A stretch of DNA of 64,000 nucleotides from the human T2T-CHM13v2.0 reference genome, Homo sapiens. Both the position numbers and the translations under genes were made by a program. The stretch lies in NCBI RefSeq assembly GCF_009914755.1, contig NC_060933.1. One strand, 5' to 3'. Shown here piece by piece: positions 13,900-29,830 of the stretch. The notes below the pieces were generated by a model. The model was not told where the DNA came from. It saw only the letters and a list, made by a program, of their open reading frames with translations, and searched no databases. Position 1 is the first letter of the stretch, and each line of letters begins with the position of its first letter.

Positions 13900-15139
13900 T
13901 GAGTGCCTGTATTTAATGTACACGATCTCATTTAGTCTTAAAAAAAACCCCTGTAAGGTAATCATCGACAACCACATTTTACACAAGGAAGAGATTTTGA
14001 GAAACTCGATAGCATGTCTCAAGTCAGACACTTAGCAGCAAGGCAGAGTCCATTTCATTTTATGGGACTAGTCTGCTTCCCAGAATAATCATCAAATGCA
14101 AAGGAATTTAATTATCTGCTTAAAAAAACAAGCCCCCATTATTACCACAGTTCACGTCTGACCAATTCCAAGATGTTCTTCCCAAACTTGATATGAACAC
14201 ATTGACGCAATTACTGGCGAAATTGAGCAAGAGTATGTAGTAGCCAGGGCTCTGTGGGAAAGTGACAGAAAACTCCTATTGGCAGGATGTCATCCTGCCT
14301 GCCAGGGCCCCTCACTTACAACAATTATCTAAAACCTAGCATTAGAAATGAGAAACCACCTGTGTGGTAACCCTGGAAGCAACCTGTGGTTGCCTTGGGC
14401 CTGTGGGCCTGTAGGTTACAGGTCAAAGAGAAGTCCAGACTAGGCTCAGCCAGCTGCTATGAGGAATGCAAACTCACCTACTCAAGCTCTCTGCCTATGC
14501 TGAAACAGGCTAGAGGTCAGAGTTCAGATCATCTGGGCAAGATAATTGAGACTCAGGCTGCTACCGGAAGTACCAGAAATGGGCAACGTGGTGTTGACTG
14601 GTTATATTTTAGCCCTCTAGCACCCAGAGTACACAAGCTCTCTGCCCCTGGGAGAGATCCCTGCTCACCTAGGTTTTGGGTACCCATACCAGGAGGAGGC
14701 TAGGGGGAAGGGCTCTCGGTCACGATCCACACAGAGGAAGAAATGAACACACAGTGACAATTTACTGAGGGCTTACCCTCATTAATTAAGCCCTTATTTA
14801 CCATTGTTCACAATATCTTCCAAAACAACCCCTTGAAAGGGTGACCATTTATTATCCCAGAAGAGAAACATGAGGTTCAGAGAGAAGTCACTTGGCCCAA
14901 ACGATCAGGAGAAAAACCCACTCAGGAGAGTGGCTCTATGGCAAGACACGTGAACCGAGAGGTCAGTCTCCTTCCCCACCGGGAGCCTCACGTCAGTCCC
15001 CAAAAGGGAGTGGATTACTCGAGGTCCCTACCAGAGTTCTCAGTGCAAGGCTGCTCGAAGCCCTAAGCAGACCCAAACTCCAAAACTTCCTGAGCCTCGG
15101 GCCACAGCAGGGAAGTCTCCAAGGCCTTCTCTGGTTCTG

Positions 15140-16740
15140 GGGCTAGAGGGGCCTCGGGACTTCCCTGTGCGGTCCCGGCCCCACGCCTCCAACAGGACTC
15201 CCCAGGGACCCACCTCGCAAACCTTCTCTCCCATCCAGTCCCAAGCCTCTGTCTGGGATTTAAAACTCTGATCCAGAAGAGGGAGGCTGGCTGTCGTAGA
15301 AGAGCCAGCCTGAGGGAATGTCTGGGGGACCCTGTCGGGGAAATCCGGGGGGGTCCCAATCCTCCGACTGGCGCCGACCCGAGTCCTTACCAAGCAGCGG
15401 GGACTCCTCAGGGCAGGCGGGCAGCGACAGTGCGGTGGTGTGGGGCACTGGGACCGAGGTCAAGTTGCTAGCGGGGCCAGGGCCAGAATCCACGACTGGG
15501 CTGGAGTCGCCACCCGGGCGCGGCTGGGAGGAGGCGCCTAGAGGAGGCGGCGGCCGGGCCCCTCCGGTCCGGAGCTCCCCGGAGGACTGCCCGATGGCGG
15601 CGGCACTGTTCGAGCCGCCCTGCAGCGGTGTGGAGACTCCGACCAGTTGGGGCAGGCGGCTCAGGTCGCGGCCAGCCAGGTAGTAAACGAGGGTGACGCC
15701 AAGGTGCAGAGCGCAGACGGCCACGAGCAGGCGGCAGGCCCGCTGTAGGGACGCGCCTGGCATCGCGGCGCTGCCGCTCAGGAGCGGCTCCCGAAGCCTC
15801 ATCTTCCCGCCGCCGCTTTAAGAAGGGTGTGGGCTACAGGAGGGGAGGCGACCCGCCCGCGGGCCGCCCGCCAGGCGCTGCCCCACAGCGGCGACTAGGG
15901 GAGGGCCCGGAGCGGGGGCGGGCGAGCGGCTGAGAGCTGAGACTCCTCCAGCCAGCCAGACCTGGGAGCGGCGAGAAGCCGCCCGAGGCGCCGGCGGAGA
16001 GGGGAGGGGCGGGGCCCCGGCGAAGGCGGGGGCGGGGCCGGGCGCGGGGTTTTCTGGACGAGGGCGGGAAGGCGGGGCAGCCCGTGGCGGGATGGGCGCG
16101 CTGGGCGGGGCCTCGGGAGGGTGGGCAGCGGGCGGGGCGCCGTCGTGGGGTCCCCGGAGTATGACTGCAGCTCCGACGCTTGGCCGCGCACCGCCCTCTT
16201 CCTCCCGAGCCTTTGCGGCGGAGCTTCGGTCGCGTTGAGCCGCGCCTCCTCTTCCTCCTCCACGCTGCCCTCGACAGGCCGCGCCACTTCCTGGGGTGCG
16301 AAGGGACTCGGGTGCGAGCCTGGGCCTGCAGCGCGGCGGCGGAGAGAACGGAGAGGACAGCTGGCGGGTGGTTATCTGGAGTGGTTTGGGGCCGCGGCGG
16401 CGTTCTGGCCAGTGGGCCTTGGTGGGCTAGGAAGAGAGGCAGAAAAAGGTTACCCAGGAAACGGGCTTCGACGCCGGGCGAGGAGTGGCACGTTCGAAAC
16501 CCCCTCCCTAACTCAGCCCGGCTGGACCCCGCTGCTTAACGGGGGGTCCTGCGGCAAAGAAAGTGGACGGGTTGCCACTTCTGTGCCTCCCCATCAGGTA
16601 GCCTGGGCTATAAGGGGCTCTCAGACCAGCTTGGTTCCAGATGTGTGTGTGGCGGGAGTCCTGTATACTTTGAAGAGGAGAGCAGCAAGAAGCCTCTAAC
16701 TCCCAGGCCAGCGTGCAGGAGATCAGCCGGCGTTACAGTC
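15140..16740. promoter_or_regulatory. CpG island / GC-box-rich, apparently TATA-less promoter of B4GALT1 (probably bidirectional)
   Basis: Very high GC and CpG density; multiple GGGGCGGGG/GGGCGG Sp1-type boxes at ~15915-16140, directly upstream of exon 1. Confidence 0.93.
15391..15802 (-). CDS. B4GALT1: Beta-1,4-galactosyltransferase 1, coding exon 1 (cytoplasmic tail, signal-anchor TM, stem; 137 codons + 1 nt)
   Basis: Translation MRLREPLLSGSAAMPGASLQRACRLLVAVCALHLGVTLVYYLAGRDLSRLPQ...CPEESPLL matches the human B4GALT1 N-terminus. There is an in-frame TAA 18 nt upstream (15818-15820). The canonical donor TTG|GTAAGG follows 15391 (phase 1). Hydrophobic anchor LLVAVCALHLGVTLVYYLA and sequon NLTS are present. 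Confidence 0.98.
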
Positions 16741-17229
16741 TACACTGGGCTACCCACTGTCCCATGAAGTAGCAGTTCTCCCCATGTCGTAGAGTGGGGC
16801 CCCGGCAGATTAAGAAACTTTCCTAAGAGCCCACAGCTGGCAAGAGGCAGAATTCTGGCTCCGAAACCCATGTTTTCTACAGGTTTACCCTTTGTTGATT
16901 TGCAAGTAAGGGCTGAAGGCTGTGTGGGTGAGAGACTTAGGCACTGAAGCCACTTGACCTCGATTTGACCCAGAGGCCTCAGGCCCTGAGTGAGCAGAGA
17001 CACCTCACCCCAGAGAAAGACTCATGGAGGTGCTGTCAGTAATGTGGATAGGGAAGTTGAGGGCTCTGGCAGCCAACCAGCAGGGAATAACAGTAGCTAC
17101 CTTATTTTGAGAGTTTGCTGTGTGCCAGTACTATCTGCCATGAAGTAGGTGGTGTTACGGTGTCCATTTCACAGATGAGAAAATAAGGCTTATGAGTTGA
17201 CACTTTGGTTGTGATCATACAGAATCAAC

Positions 17230-18904
<1,675 letters not shown>

Positions 18905-19759
18905 GATATTTGTTAAAATACTTTTTAAATACTGTGATCATCTTAATGATGTGGGAAGGAGAGAAGGGAAAAATTATTGCTAACTTAGTTTAGAACGTAA
19001 AGTGGAGTTCTCCAAGGAGTTGGTAAAGGTGAAGCTGACCCCAGCATCCTGTGTCTAGGGGTAAAGTCGGCCTGGCCAATGAGTGAGGGTGGGTCAGATT
19101 AGTCCTGCAACTGAAAATTAAGTGGAGGGGGAAATGGGGATGTGTCTTCCATTGGTATAGATGATAGCCAGGAGACAGGACTGCGGGGGTTATTAAGAAT
19201 CACAGACCTGTCCCAGGACACACGTGGCCAGAAATCGAGGAAAAGGAACAACACTTGCTGATTGCCTATCCCTCAGGAACTTGCAGAGTCCACTGAGGCC
19301 TGAGCACTAGTCTCAGCTGCCCCTGATCCACAGGCACCTAGAAGCAGTCAATTACAAATAATACAGATGGCCCAGAAACCTTTGGGACAACATTGTCCAG
19401 CAGTCCAGACATTAACTGGTGCTAGTGAGACAGACCCAGGCAACCTTTCTCCCCACTGTCTCCAGCTCTTTTCCACTCTCTACTTCGTCAGGTGAAAAAT
19501 TAATCCCATCCGGCGAGACAAATGCAGGAGGAAGTTGCAGTGCTGATTGGCCAAAAGCTGGCATGGGGGCTTGGCCGTTGGCCCATCCATGTGCTCATCT
19601 GCCCAGAATCACCAGCTCCCTGCTTCTCCCTGCAGCTGGCCTTCCTCTGCCCTCCTATGGCGCCCTCTTCTGCACCTGCCAGGTTACATTTCTGTTTTTA
19701 CCCTCATGGATCAGAAGGGCATCAAATAGTGCCCGGCACATGGTAGACAGTTATTTCAG

Positions 19760-20675
19760 TCATCTATTGCAGCGTAACACCTACCCCAAAACTTACTGTT
19801 TTGAAGCAACAATTTCTCGCAGTTTTGCAGTTGGCTGGGCAGCTTTGCCTCACATGGTGTCAGCTGAGGCACTGGCACAGTTGGAAGTTCCAAAATGGCT
19901 TCACTCATGTGAATGGCAGTTGGGGCTGTCTGGGGGCTGGAAACTCAGAATGGGTTGGGTCATGGGGCCTTCATTCTCCACTTGGATCTCTCCACAAAGG
20001 ACTCTCCATGTGGCTGCTTGGGTTTCCTCACAAACTAGAGGAAGCATTCCAAAAAGGAGCATTTCAAAAATACAGAAGATGGAGATCCCTGAAAGCCCAG
20101 CCTTAGCATCACTTCTAAAGCATTCTTTTGCTTAAAACAAGTTTATAGGGCAGGCCAGATTCAAGGGGAATAAAACTGGCTCGGCCTCTTGTTTTTACTT
20201 TTTTTTTTAGACAGGATCTTCCTTTATCAACCAGCCTGTAGTGCAGTGGTGTGATCATAGGTCACTATAACGTCAAACTCCTGGGCTCAAGTGATTCTCC
20301 TGCCTCAGCCTCCCGAGTAGCTGGGACTACCGGGATGCGCCTCCACGTCCAGCTAATTTTAAAATTTTTAGTAGAGATGAGATGTTGCGATATTGCTCAG
20401 GCTAGTCTCGAACTCCTGAGCTCACGCAGTCTTCCTGCTTTGGCCTCCCAAAGTGCTGAGATTACCAGCATGAGCCATTTCACCTGGCTGACTCCACCTC
20501 TTGATGGGAGGAGGGACAAAGAATTGTCAGGCACCTTTATTCCACAGTAGTTTGCCCAATGGCCACAGATTATTTAGATTCTTCTCACAGGTAAAATACA
20601 TTAGTGTCTTCTTAAAATCCCCCAAAAGTTCAACTAATTAAGACTTCAGGTCCAAAGTATTGTCTAAATCAGATC
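19760..20675. mobile_element. MLT1 (MaLR) LTR split by an AluJ (20190-20489, minus)
   Basis: CTCCATGTGGCTGCTTGGGTTTCCTCACA, GCCAGATTCAAGGGGA; the LTR resumes after the Alu. Confidence 0.7.
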
Positions 20676-20679
20676 CAGG

Positions 20680-21248
20680 TGTTACCGACCAAAGCGCAAA
20701 AGCACTCACTGCCCAATGTTCTAGAAACCAATACTGTGACACCTGGTTTTTGAGAAAAGAAAAGCTTTGTACTGCAGGTAGGCCAACAAGGAGATAGAAG
20801 AGTCCAGCTGAAATCTCCCTGTGGTGACTTTAGGTCTCCCTGGGCTGGCTCAAGTCTCCCTGGGCTGGCTTTAAGGTAGTGTTTTTATCAGAAAAATTTT
20901 GGGGGGTGGATTCTGAGATTAGTAAGTAACTGGTGGAAGGAAAGGGGAGGTCTGGAAAGTCCTCAGTCATGCACAATTATTTCTTCATGCCTCTTCACTG
21001 GTCACATGTGCAATTCAGGGGGATTTAGAATGAAACGTGGTGGAAATTTGGGTTGTGACACCAGAAAGCTCTTTCTGTGAACAGCCCAGTTGCCCTGTTT
21101 GTTCCAACTGATTTCAGCCAGTTCTTTTATCTCAAGCAGAGGGAGTTTTGGCATTTCAGCACATTGTTTCTTTTCTTATCTGCCATCCTGCAAACTCAGG
21201 AATTTCTGTTAGTCATTGTTTTCTTTAACTCTTTGGGACACAGTTTCA
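20680..21248 (-). mobile_element. ERV1-class solo LTR
   Basis: TG...CA termini (TGTTACC...GTTTCA) flanked by the 4 bp TSD CAGG (20676-79, 21249-52); internal tandem copy of GTCTCCCTGGGCTGGCT. Confidence 0.8.
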
Positions 21249-21287
21249 CAGGTATATTCCTCAGGTTCAGGGACGGGAGATACGGAT

Positions 21288-22065
<778 letters not shown>

Positions 22066-22069
22066 CAAC

Positions 22070-24195
<2,126 letters not shown>

Positions 24196-24196
24196 T

Positions 24197-24579
24197 ACCA
24201 TGATGTGCCACGTAACAACAGTTCAGTCAACAATGGACAGCATATAGGATGATGGGTCCATAAGATTATAATAAAGCTGCCCTGTACATGTATACTATTT
24301 TTTATATTTTACAGTGTATTATTACTGTACCTTTTCTATGTTTAGATATATTTAGTTATACACTTATCATTGTGTTATAATTGCCTACAGTATTCAGTAC
24401 AGTAACATGTTGTGCAGGTTTGTAGCCTAGGAGCAATAGGCCATACCATATAACCTAGATGTATAGTGGGCTGTACCATCTGGATTTAGACTCACTCTTT
24501 GATGTTTGCACAATAACAAAATTGACTATCGACACATTTCTCAGAAAGAATCCCCATGATTAAGCAACGTATGACTGTA
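24197..24579 (+). mobile_element. Tigger3a-like (TcMar-Tigger) element
   Basis: GTCCATAAGATTATAAT, TTGCCTACAGTATTCAGTACAGTAACATG; terminus ATGACTG followed by TA. Confidence 0.85.
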
Positions 24580-25216
24580 GTCTAAACAAATTATTTGTAC
24601 TAAACTCGCAACTTTTACTTAAGTGACTTTTCCCCCACACGTCTAACATATAATGGAAATACAAGGACAAGAAAACCACAATAGACACTCCCATTTAGAA
24701 TAGGAGATTAATAAGAGGCACATAACAGCCATTAGCAAATGTGAGAACTAACCATGCACTTGTCACCAGCTCCCCCTGCTCCAGGGGCAGGGAATGTGAT
24801 TCTCTGTGGCTCTTATCTCTACCCTTGGATGGAGCTCTTGGCTCCATCCTTTGAGTCATTCCTCCTTTTCCAAAAGAAATAGGCTTTGTTCACAGTCCGG
24901 TAACTTGTTCAAGATGCTTCACTGGGTACCCGGTGTGCTCTTTTCATGTTGAACTATCTTTGTCTGTTTTAGCTCAAGCCACTACTGCTTACACTGGTAC
25001 AATTCTTGTAGGGGAAAAAACTGTGGACTTTCCGTTAATTTTATTTTTACTCAAACCATACCCCCAAATCTCAAGATAAGCCCTTCCCTCCTTTAGGCTG
25101 TGAATTACAGTGCTGTGAACCAAAACTTTAAGACTCTTAGAAGCACTTTAGTCTACATGAGAGGTTTAGGAGGCGCTGTTTTAAGGCTTTCTGAGATCTC
25201 AACAGTCTTACAACCA

Positions 25217-25628
25217 TAGAAAAGAACAAAATTATGTCCTTTGCAGCAACATAGATGCAGCTGGAGGCCATTATCCTAAGCAAATTAATGCAGGAACAGA
25301 AAACCAAGTACCACATGTTCTCACCGATAAGTGGGAGCTAAACATTGAGTACACTCGGCACAAAGGTGGGAACAGTAGACACTGGGGACTCCAGCAGAGG
25401 TGGAGGGACAAGAGTTGAAAAACTGCCTATCAGGTACTACCTGCTGGGTGATAGGATCATTAGAAGCCCAAACCTCAGCATCATGCAATATACTCATATA
25501 ACAAACCTGTACACGTACCCCCAAATCTAACATTTTTTTTAAATTGCTACCCATATATTACTATATGCCAATAATATACTAATAGAGTACAAAAAATAAC
25601 TAATATAACATTTGAGAAACGGCAACAA
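25217..25628 (+). mobile_element. 5'-truncated old L1PA 3' end plus ~100 bp extra sequence, within one TSD
   Basis: ATGTCCTTTGCAGCAACATAGATGCAGCTGGAGGCCATTATCCTAAG...ACAAACCTGTACACGTACCCC; TSD AACAGTCTTACAACCA/AAAAGTCTTACAGCCA. Confidence 0.85.
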
Positions 25629-26089
25629 AAAAGTCTTACAGCCACATCCGTGACCTTAAGGCCCCATTTTACAGGGAAGGTCTTAGAATTAATATTCCCT
25701 CTAGGTTTTAATTTACTTTGAGCATTTCTTTTTTCTGGCTGTATATAATGCCCTGGGCCCTCTATAGTTTCTCAAAATTTTGCTTGAAACAAAATAGTTT
25801 CTTCTTCCTGTACTTTTTCACAGGCAGCCAAAGGGAGTAAGTTGGCATTTTGAACATTTTGCCTAGAAATCTCCATACCAAGGCGGCAAGTTCAATTATT
25901 TTCTCTTATCCATGTTACTACATGTTACTACTATGTCACTTAGGTCCTGAATAATTTCCCAACAACTTCCTCGCTGTGTTGTCATCCTCCTTCCTACCCT
26001 TCAGGACTCCGCAAGCTTCCTTATTCCAAAGTCAATGTTATATGTTTTAGATTTTTGTTATGGAAGCTCCCCACTTCTGGGTGTTAATT

Positions 26090-27150
26090 TGTTTTAATTA
26101 TCTATTGCAGGGGTTGGGAAACTAGTTTCCATGGCCAAACCTAGCCCACCGTCTGTTTTGGTAAGTGAAAATGTATTAGAACTCGGCCATGTTCTTTTGT
26201 TTGTGTATTTTCTATGGTTGTTTTCATACTATGATGGCAAAGTTAAGTAGTAGCAACAGAGATCATCTGGCCTGCAAGACCTAAAATATTGACTATCTGA
26301 TCTTTTACAGAAAGTTTGCCAATGCCTGATTTATTGCTATGCAAAACAAACAAACAAAAAAAACTACCCAAAATGAATCTCTTAAAACAACAATTTATTA
26401 TTTCTTACAGTTATGTGCATTAACCATTAACCCAGTGGTTTTCTGCTTCACAGAGTGTTGAGTGGGGTGGTAGAATGTCTGGAGGTACAAATGACCTTAC
26501 TCACATGGCTGGAAGTTGGTGCTAGTTGCCAACTGGGAGCTCAGCTGGAACTGTTAGCCAGGTGTCTCACTTCTCCTCCTCCAGGTGGGCCCCCACAGAG
26601 TTGCTTGGGCCTCTTCATAGCATTGCAGCTGGGTTCTCAGAAGGAGCATTCTGAATGCATAGGAGGAAACAGAAGACTTTTTTTTTTTTTTTTTTTTTTT
26701 GAGACAGGGTCTTGCTCTGTTACCCAGGCTGGAGTGTACTGGTGTGTGATCTTGGCTCACTGCAACCTCCACCTCTTGGGCTCAGGTGATCCTCCCAACT
26801 CAGCCTCCCGAGTAGTTGGAACTACAGGTGTGCGCCACCATTCCCAGCTAATTTTTGTATTTTTAGTAGATATGGGGTTTTGCCATGTTGCCCAGGCTGG
26901 TCTCAAACTCCTGGGGTCAAGCTTTCTACCCACCTCAGCCTCCCAAAGTGCTGGGATTACAGGCGTGAGCCATTGTGCCTGGCCCAGAAGATCTCTTCAG
27001 GCCAAGGCTCAGAAGTTATACAGTGATACATAGCTACATTCTATTGGTCCACATAAGTCACAGGACTAACCTAGATTCAAGGGGAGAGGAAATAGACTTC
27101 ACAAATTGATAAGAGATGTAGGAAAGAATTTGTGGCCATCTTCAATCTGT
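26090..27150. mobile_element. MLT1 LTR containing a MER58A (~26107-26328) and an Alu (26677-26984, minus)
   Basis: MER58 termini CAGGGGTTGGGAAACT...AAAGTTTGCCAATGCCTG; MLT1 motifs ACTCACATGGCTGGAAGTTGGTGCT and CTAGATTCAAGGGGAGAGG. Confidence 0.75.
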
Positions 27151-28247
27151 CACAACACAAATAAACTGCGTGTCAGGATGCTATTACCATCTATATTTTG
27201 TTCTGAGTGCTCAACTATACTTGTTCTCATGACCCGAAGTGGGTCTGCTTCCTCCTCTCACCCCTTTATCCCAACCTGTACACAGGTGCCATGGCACTGG
27301 GTCCAGGCCCTGCTCAGTGACTTTGGTCATCCATTTCCAGCAACATCTATACCCAAGACAGGATATGTCTACAGTCTGTTGGGATAGGTTATTTGCCTCA
27401 AGTGCTGCTTTCTCAGATCCTAGAAAGGCCAACAGAAGCCTGGCAACTGCCTTCAATTGCTGTATCTTAAAATTGTTGGAATATCCCATAACTAATTGCT
27501 AATTAGTTATTGCCATAATAATGCTGCTTAGCAAATAACGACCAAATTGAAGTGCCATACAATAATAAAGCATGTATTTCTCTCTCAGGTGTCCATGGAT
27601 TGGCGGGGACAGCTCTGCTTAAGGATGTAGTAGCTCTGCAGGTTGGCTAGGTTAGTCTATGGCATGTGTCTCTATTTCTTCTGTGATGCCCACCAAGGGC
27701 ATGTTTTTCACATGGCACAAGATGGGTGAACAAAAAGCCCCAATATCTCATAAAGCCTGTGGTTGGAATGGTCACTTCCACCCACATTCTATGAGCCAAA
27801 ACAAGTTGATTGGCCAACCCAACATTATCATATTCTGCCTCTAGTGGGAGAAACTTCAAAGTCACATGACAAAGGGACTGGATATAGGGAGTGGTGAAGA
27901 ATTGGGAATAATGCAACCCTCCATGAATTTTTCTTTTTCTGGAGCTAGAATGGTGGCTGGGAATTGTACTCCAGAACAGCTCACAATTTGTAATAAATCT
28001 GGTCTCTTTTCCTCCAGTTTCCTGTTCTTCCCAACCTGCGCTATGGACTTCATCAGATTTCAGCATCAGAGAGAATATGGAAGGACATCGACCCTAACTT
28101 CATCCAGTGAGGATTTCCACACACCATACACTCTCTGAGAGTTCTTTTGGCTTTGTGTGCACACCTCCAGTGACAGGGAGCTCGCTATGTCATGAGGCAG
28201 CCTGCTCCCTTGTGGCTATCACTGAACCAACTATTAAGCCTTCTTAT

Positions 28248-28592
28248 ACAAACAGTCCCTGACTTACTGTTAGACTTACAACTTTTTGATTTTACAGTGG
28301 TGCAAAAGCAATATGCATTCCATAGAAACTGTATTTCAAATTTTGAATTTTGATCTTTTCCAGGCTAGCAACATATGAAGACCAACCTTCTATTTTTAAA
28401 ATAGGCTTTGTGTTAGATGCTTTTGCCCAACTATAGGTTAATGTAAATGTTCTGAGAATATTTGAGGAAGGCTAGGCTAAACTGTGATCTTTGGGAGCTT
28501 AGATATGTTAAGTGCATTTTCAACTTACAATATTTTCAACTTACGATGAGTTTATTGGGATGAAGCCCGTTGTAAGTAAAGGAGCATCTGCA
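28248..28592 (-). mobile_element. TcMar-Tigger element (MER47/Tigger5-like)
   Basis: Inverted ends CAAACAGTCCCTGACTTAC...TGTAAGTAAAGGAGCATCTG. Confidence 0.75.
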
Positions 28593-29830
28593 TTAAGCTA
28601 AAATCCATGTCTATAACTTCCTCAGTAATATCAAGTTTGTTCCTTGGAGCCAGAGAATAAACTGAATCCTTTTCCACGTGATGGTCTTTCTGTTGTTTAA
28701 AGAGATCAGCCATGTACCTTCTCCCAACCTGAAGACAACTCCTCACCAGGCTACCTATCAATTCTACCTCTTTTTTTAAGAGATGGGGTCTCACTATGTT
28801 GCCCAGCCTGGTCTTGAACTCTGGGCTCAAGTGATCCTCCCACCTCAGCCTTCCGAGTAGCCAGGATTACAGGCACACACCACCATGCCCAGCTCCATTT
28901 CCATTGTTCTTCATGCTTCCTTATTGAGTTCCTTCCCTGTCCCGATTATTCGTCTTTGATTGGGCTTTGACTACCTGGGCATTTAGTAGGGTCCATAACT
29001 GAGTGCAGCATTCCAGCCGGGGTCTAAGCAACAGAATAGAGCAGGACCATCATCTCTGCAATTTCCAATATCATACTTTCATCAATGTCTTCCGAAACAA
29101 CATTCACTTTTTTATGTTCATGTTAAACTAAAAGACAGGGCTGAAGGCAGCATCCTGGAACAGTGGAAACATTCCTATAAGTTGACTTGAATCCTTTAAA
29201 TAAAGTCCATGTACCAACCAGAGTTTTTGACTATTAAAACAGTCAATTATAACACTGCTCTGCCGTGGCCACCATTGCCCATGATTATTTAACACCACTG
29301 CTACAGGACCGTTCATGCTGCTGCTGCCTCCATGAATAATTTCGACACCATTCCTGCCTCTTAGCGTCACTCCTAAGAATTCAGAGTCTGCAGTGGGAAT
29401 GACCGAGCCAATTCACATGCTTGAGCCCTAGCTGCTAGGTAGGGGAGGAACGAATCTTCCCCTTTCTGCCTCCATGGTGGGAGCTAGGGCATTGAGCCCT
29501 CCAGTACTATATACACTGGAAAATTTTCCAAAATAAGATGGGGGATTGCCTGTTGAGTGACAAGTATAATGGCAAAGGTTCATTCCAGTCATTTAAAAAA
29601 GTTCAATTTCCCTTTAATTGTACTATCATCCAACCCATATTTTCCTTTTTAGTCACAGGAATAACATGCCATAGATTGTTAAAGGCCGACCCAGTTTGCC
29701 AACAGACTATCAAATGCAGCACTGTGATCTGGCAGTTTAGGGACCTGTTAAAAAAAGAAATGTGATAGTCTTTGCTCTGGCTTGTTCTGAGAAATCTCCA
29801 CTTCCTTTACATCTTTAAAAGTCTATCCTT

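Noticed and set aside
15260-15390. C-terminal 43 aa (GKDSGRR...GSEF) of the 180-aa minus-strand ORF
   Set aside because: Read-through past the canonical GTAAGG donor into intron 1; not B4GALT1 protein sequence.
16406-16510. tRNA gene
   Set aside because: Only box-like motifs; no cloverleaf pairing and no poly-T terminator.
16609-16614. TATAAG as a TATA box for the antisense transcript
   Set aside because: Imperfect single motif with no supporting initiator evidence.
15318-16699. ORFs of 119-192 aa in the CpG island (15318+, 15895-, 16121+, 16180+)
   Set aside because: GC-rich DNA is depleted of stops; at least two (16121, 16180) start at non-ATG codons; low-complexity products with no recognisable domain.
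19419-20135. 238-aa plus-strand ORF
   Set aside because: GTG start, runs into an MLT1 LTR, no recognisable homology.
27150-27500. Unique-looking segment with ORFs on both strands (possible processed pseudogene)
   Set aside because: No recognisable parent protein, poly-A tail or TSD.
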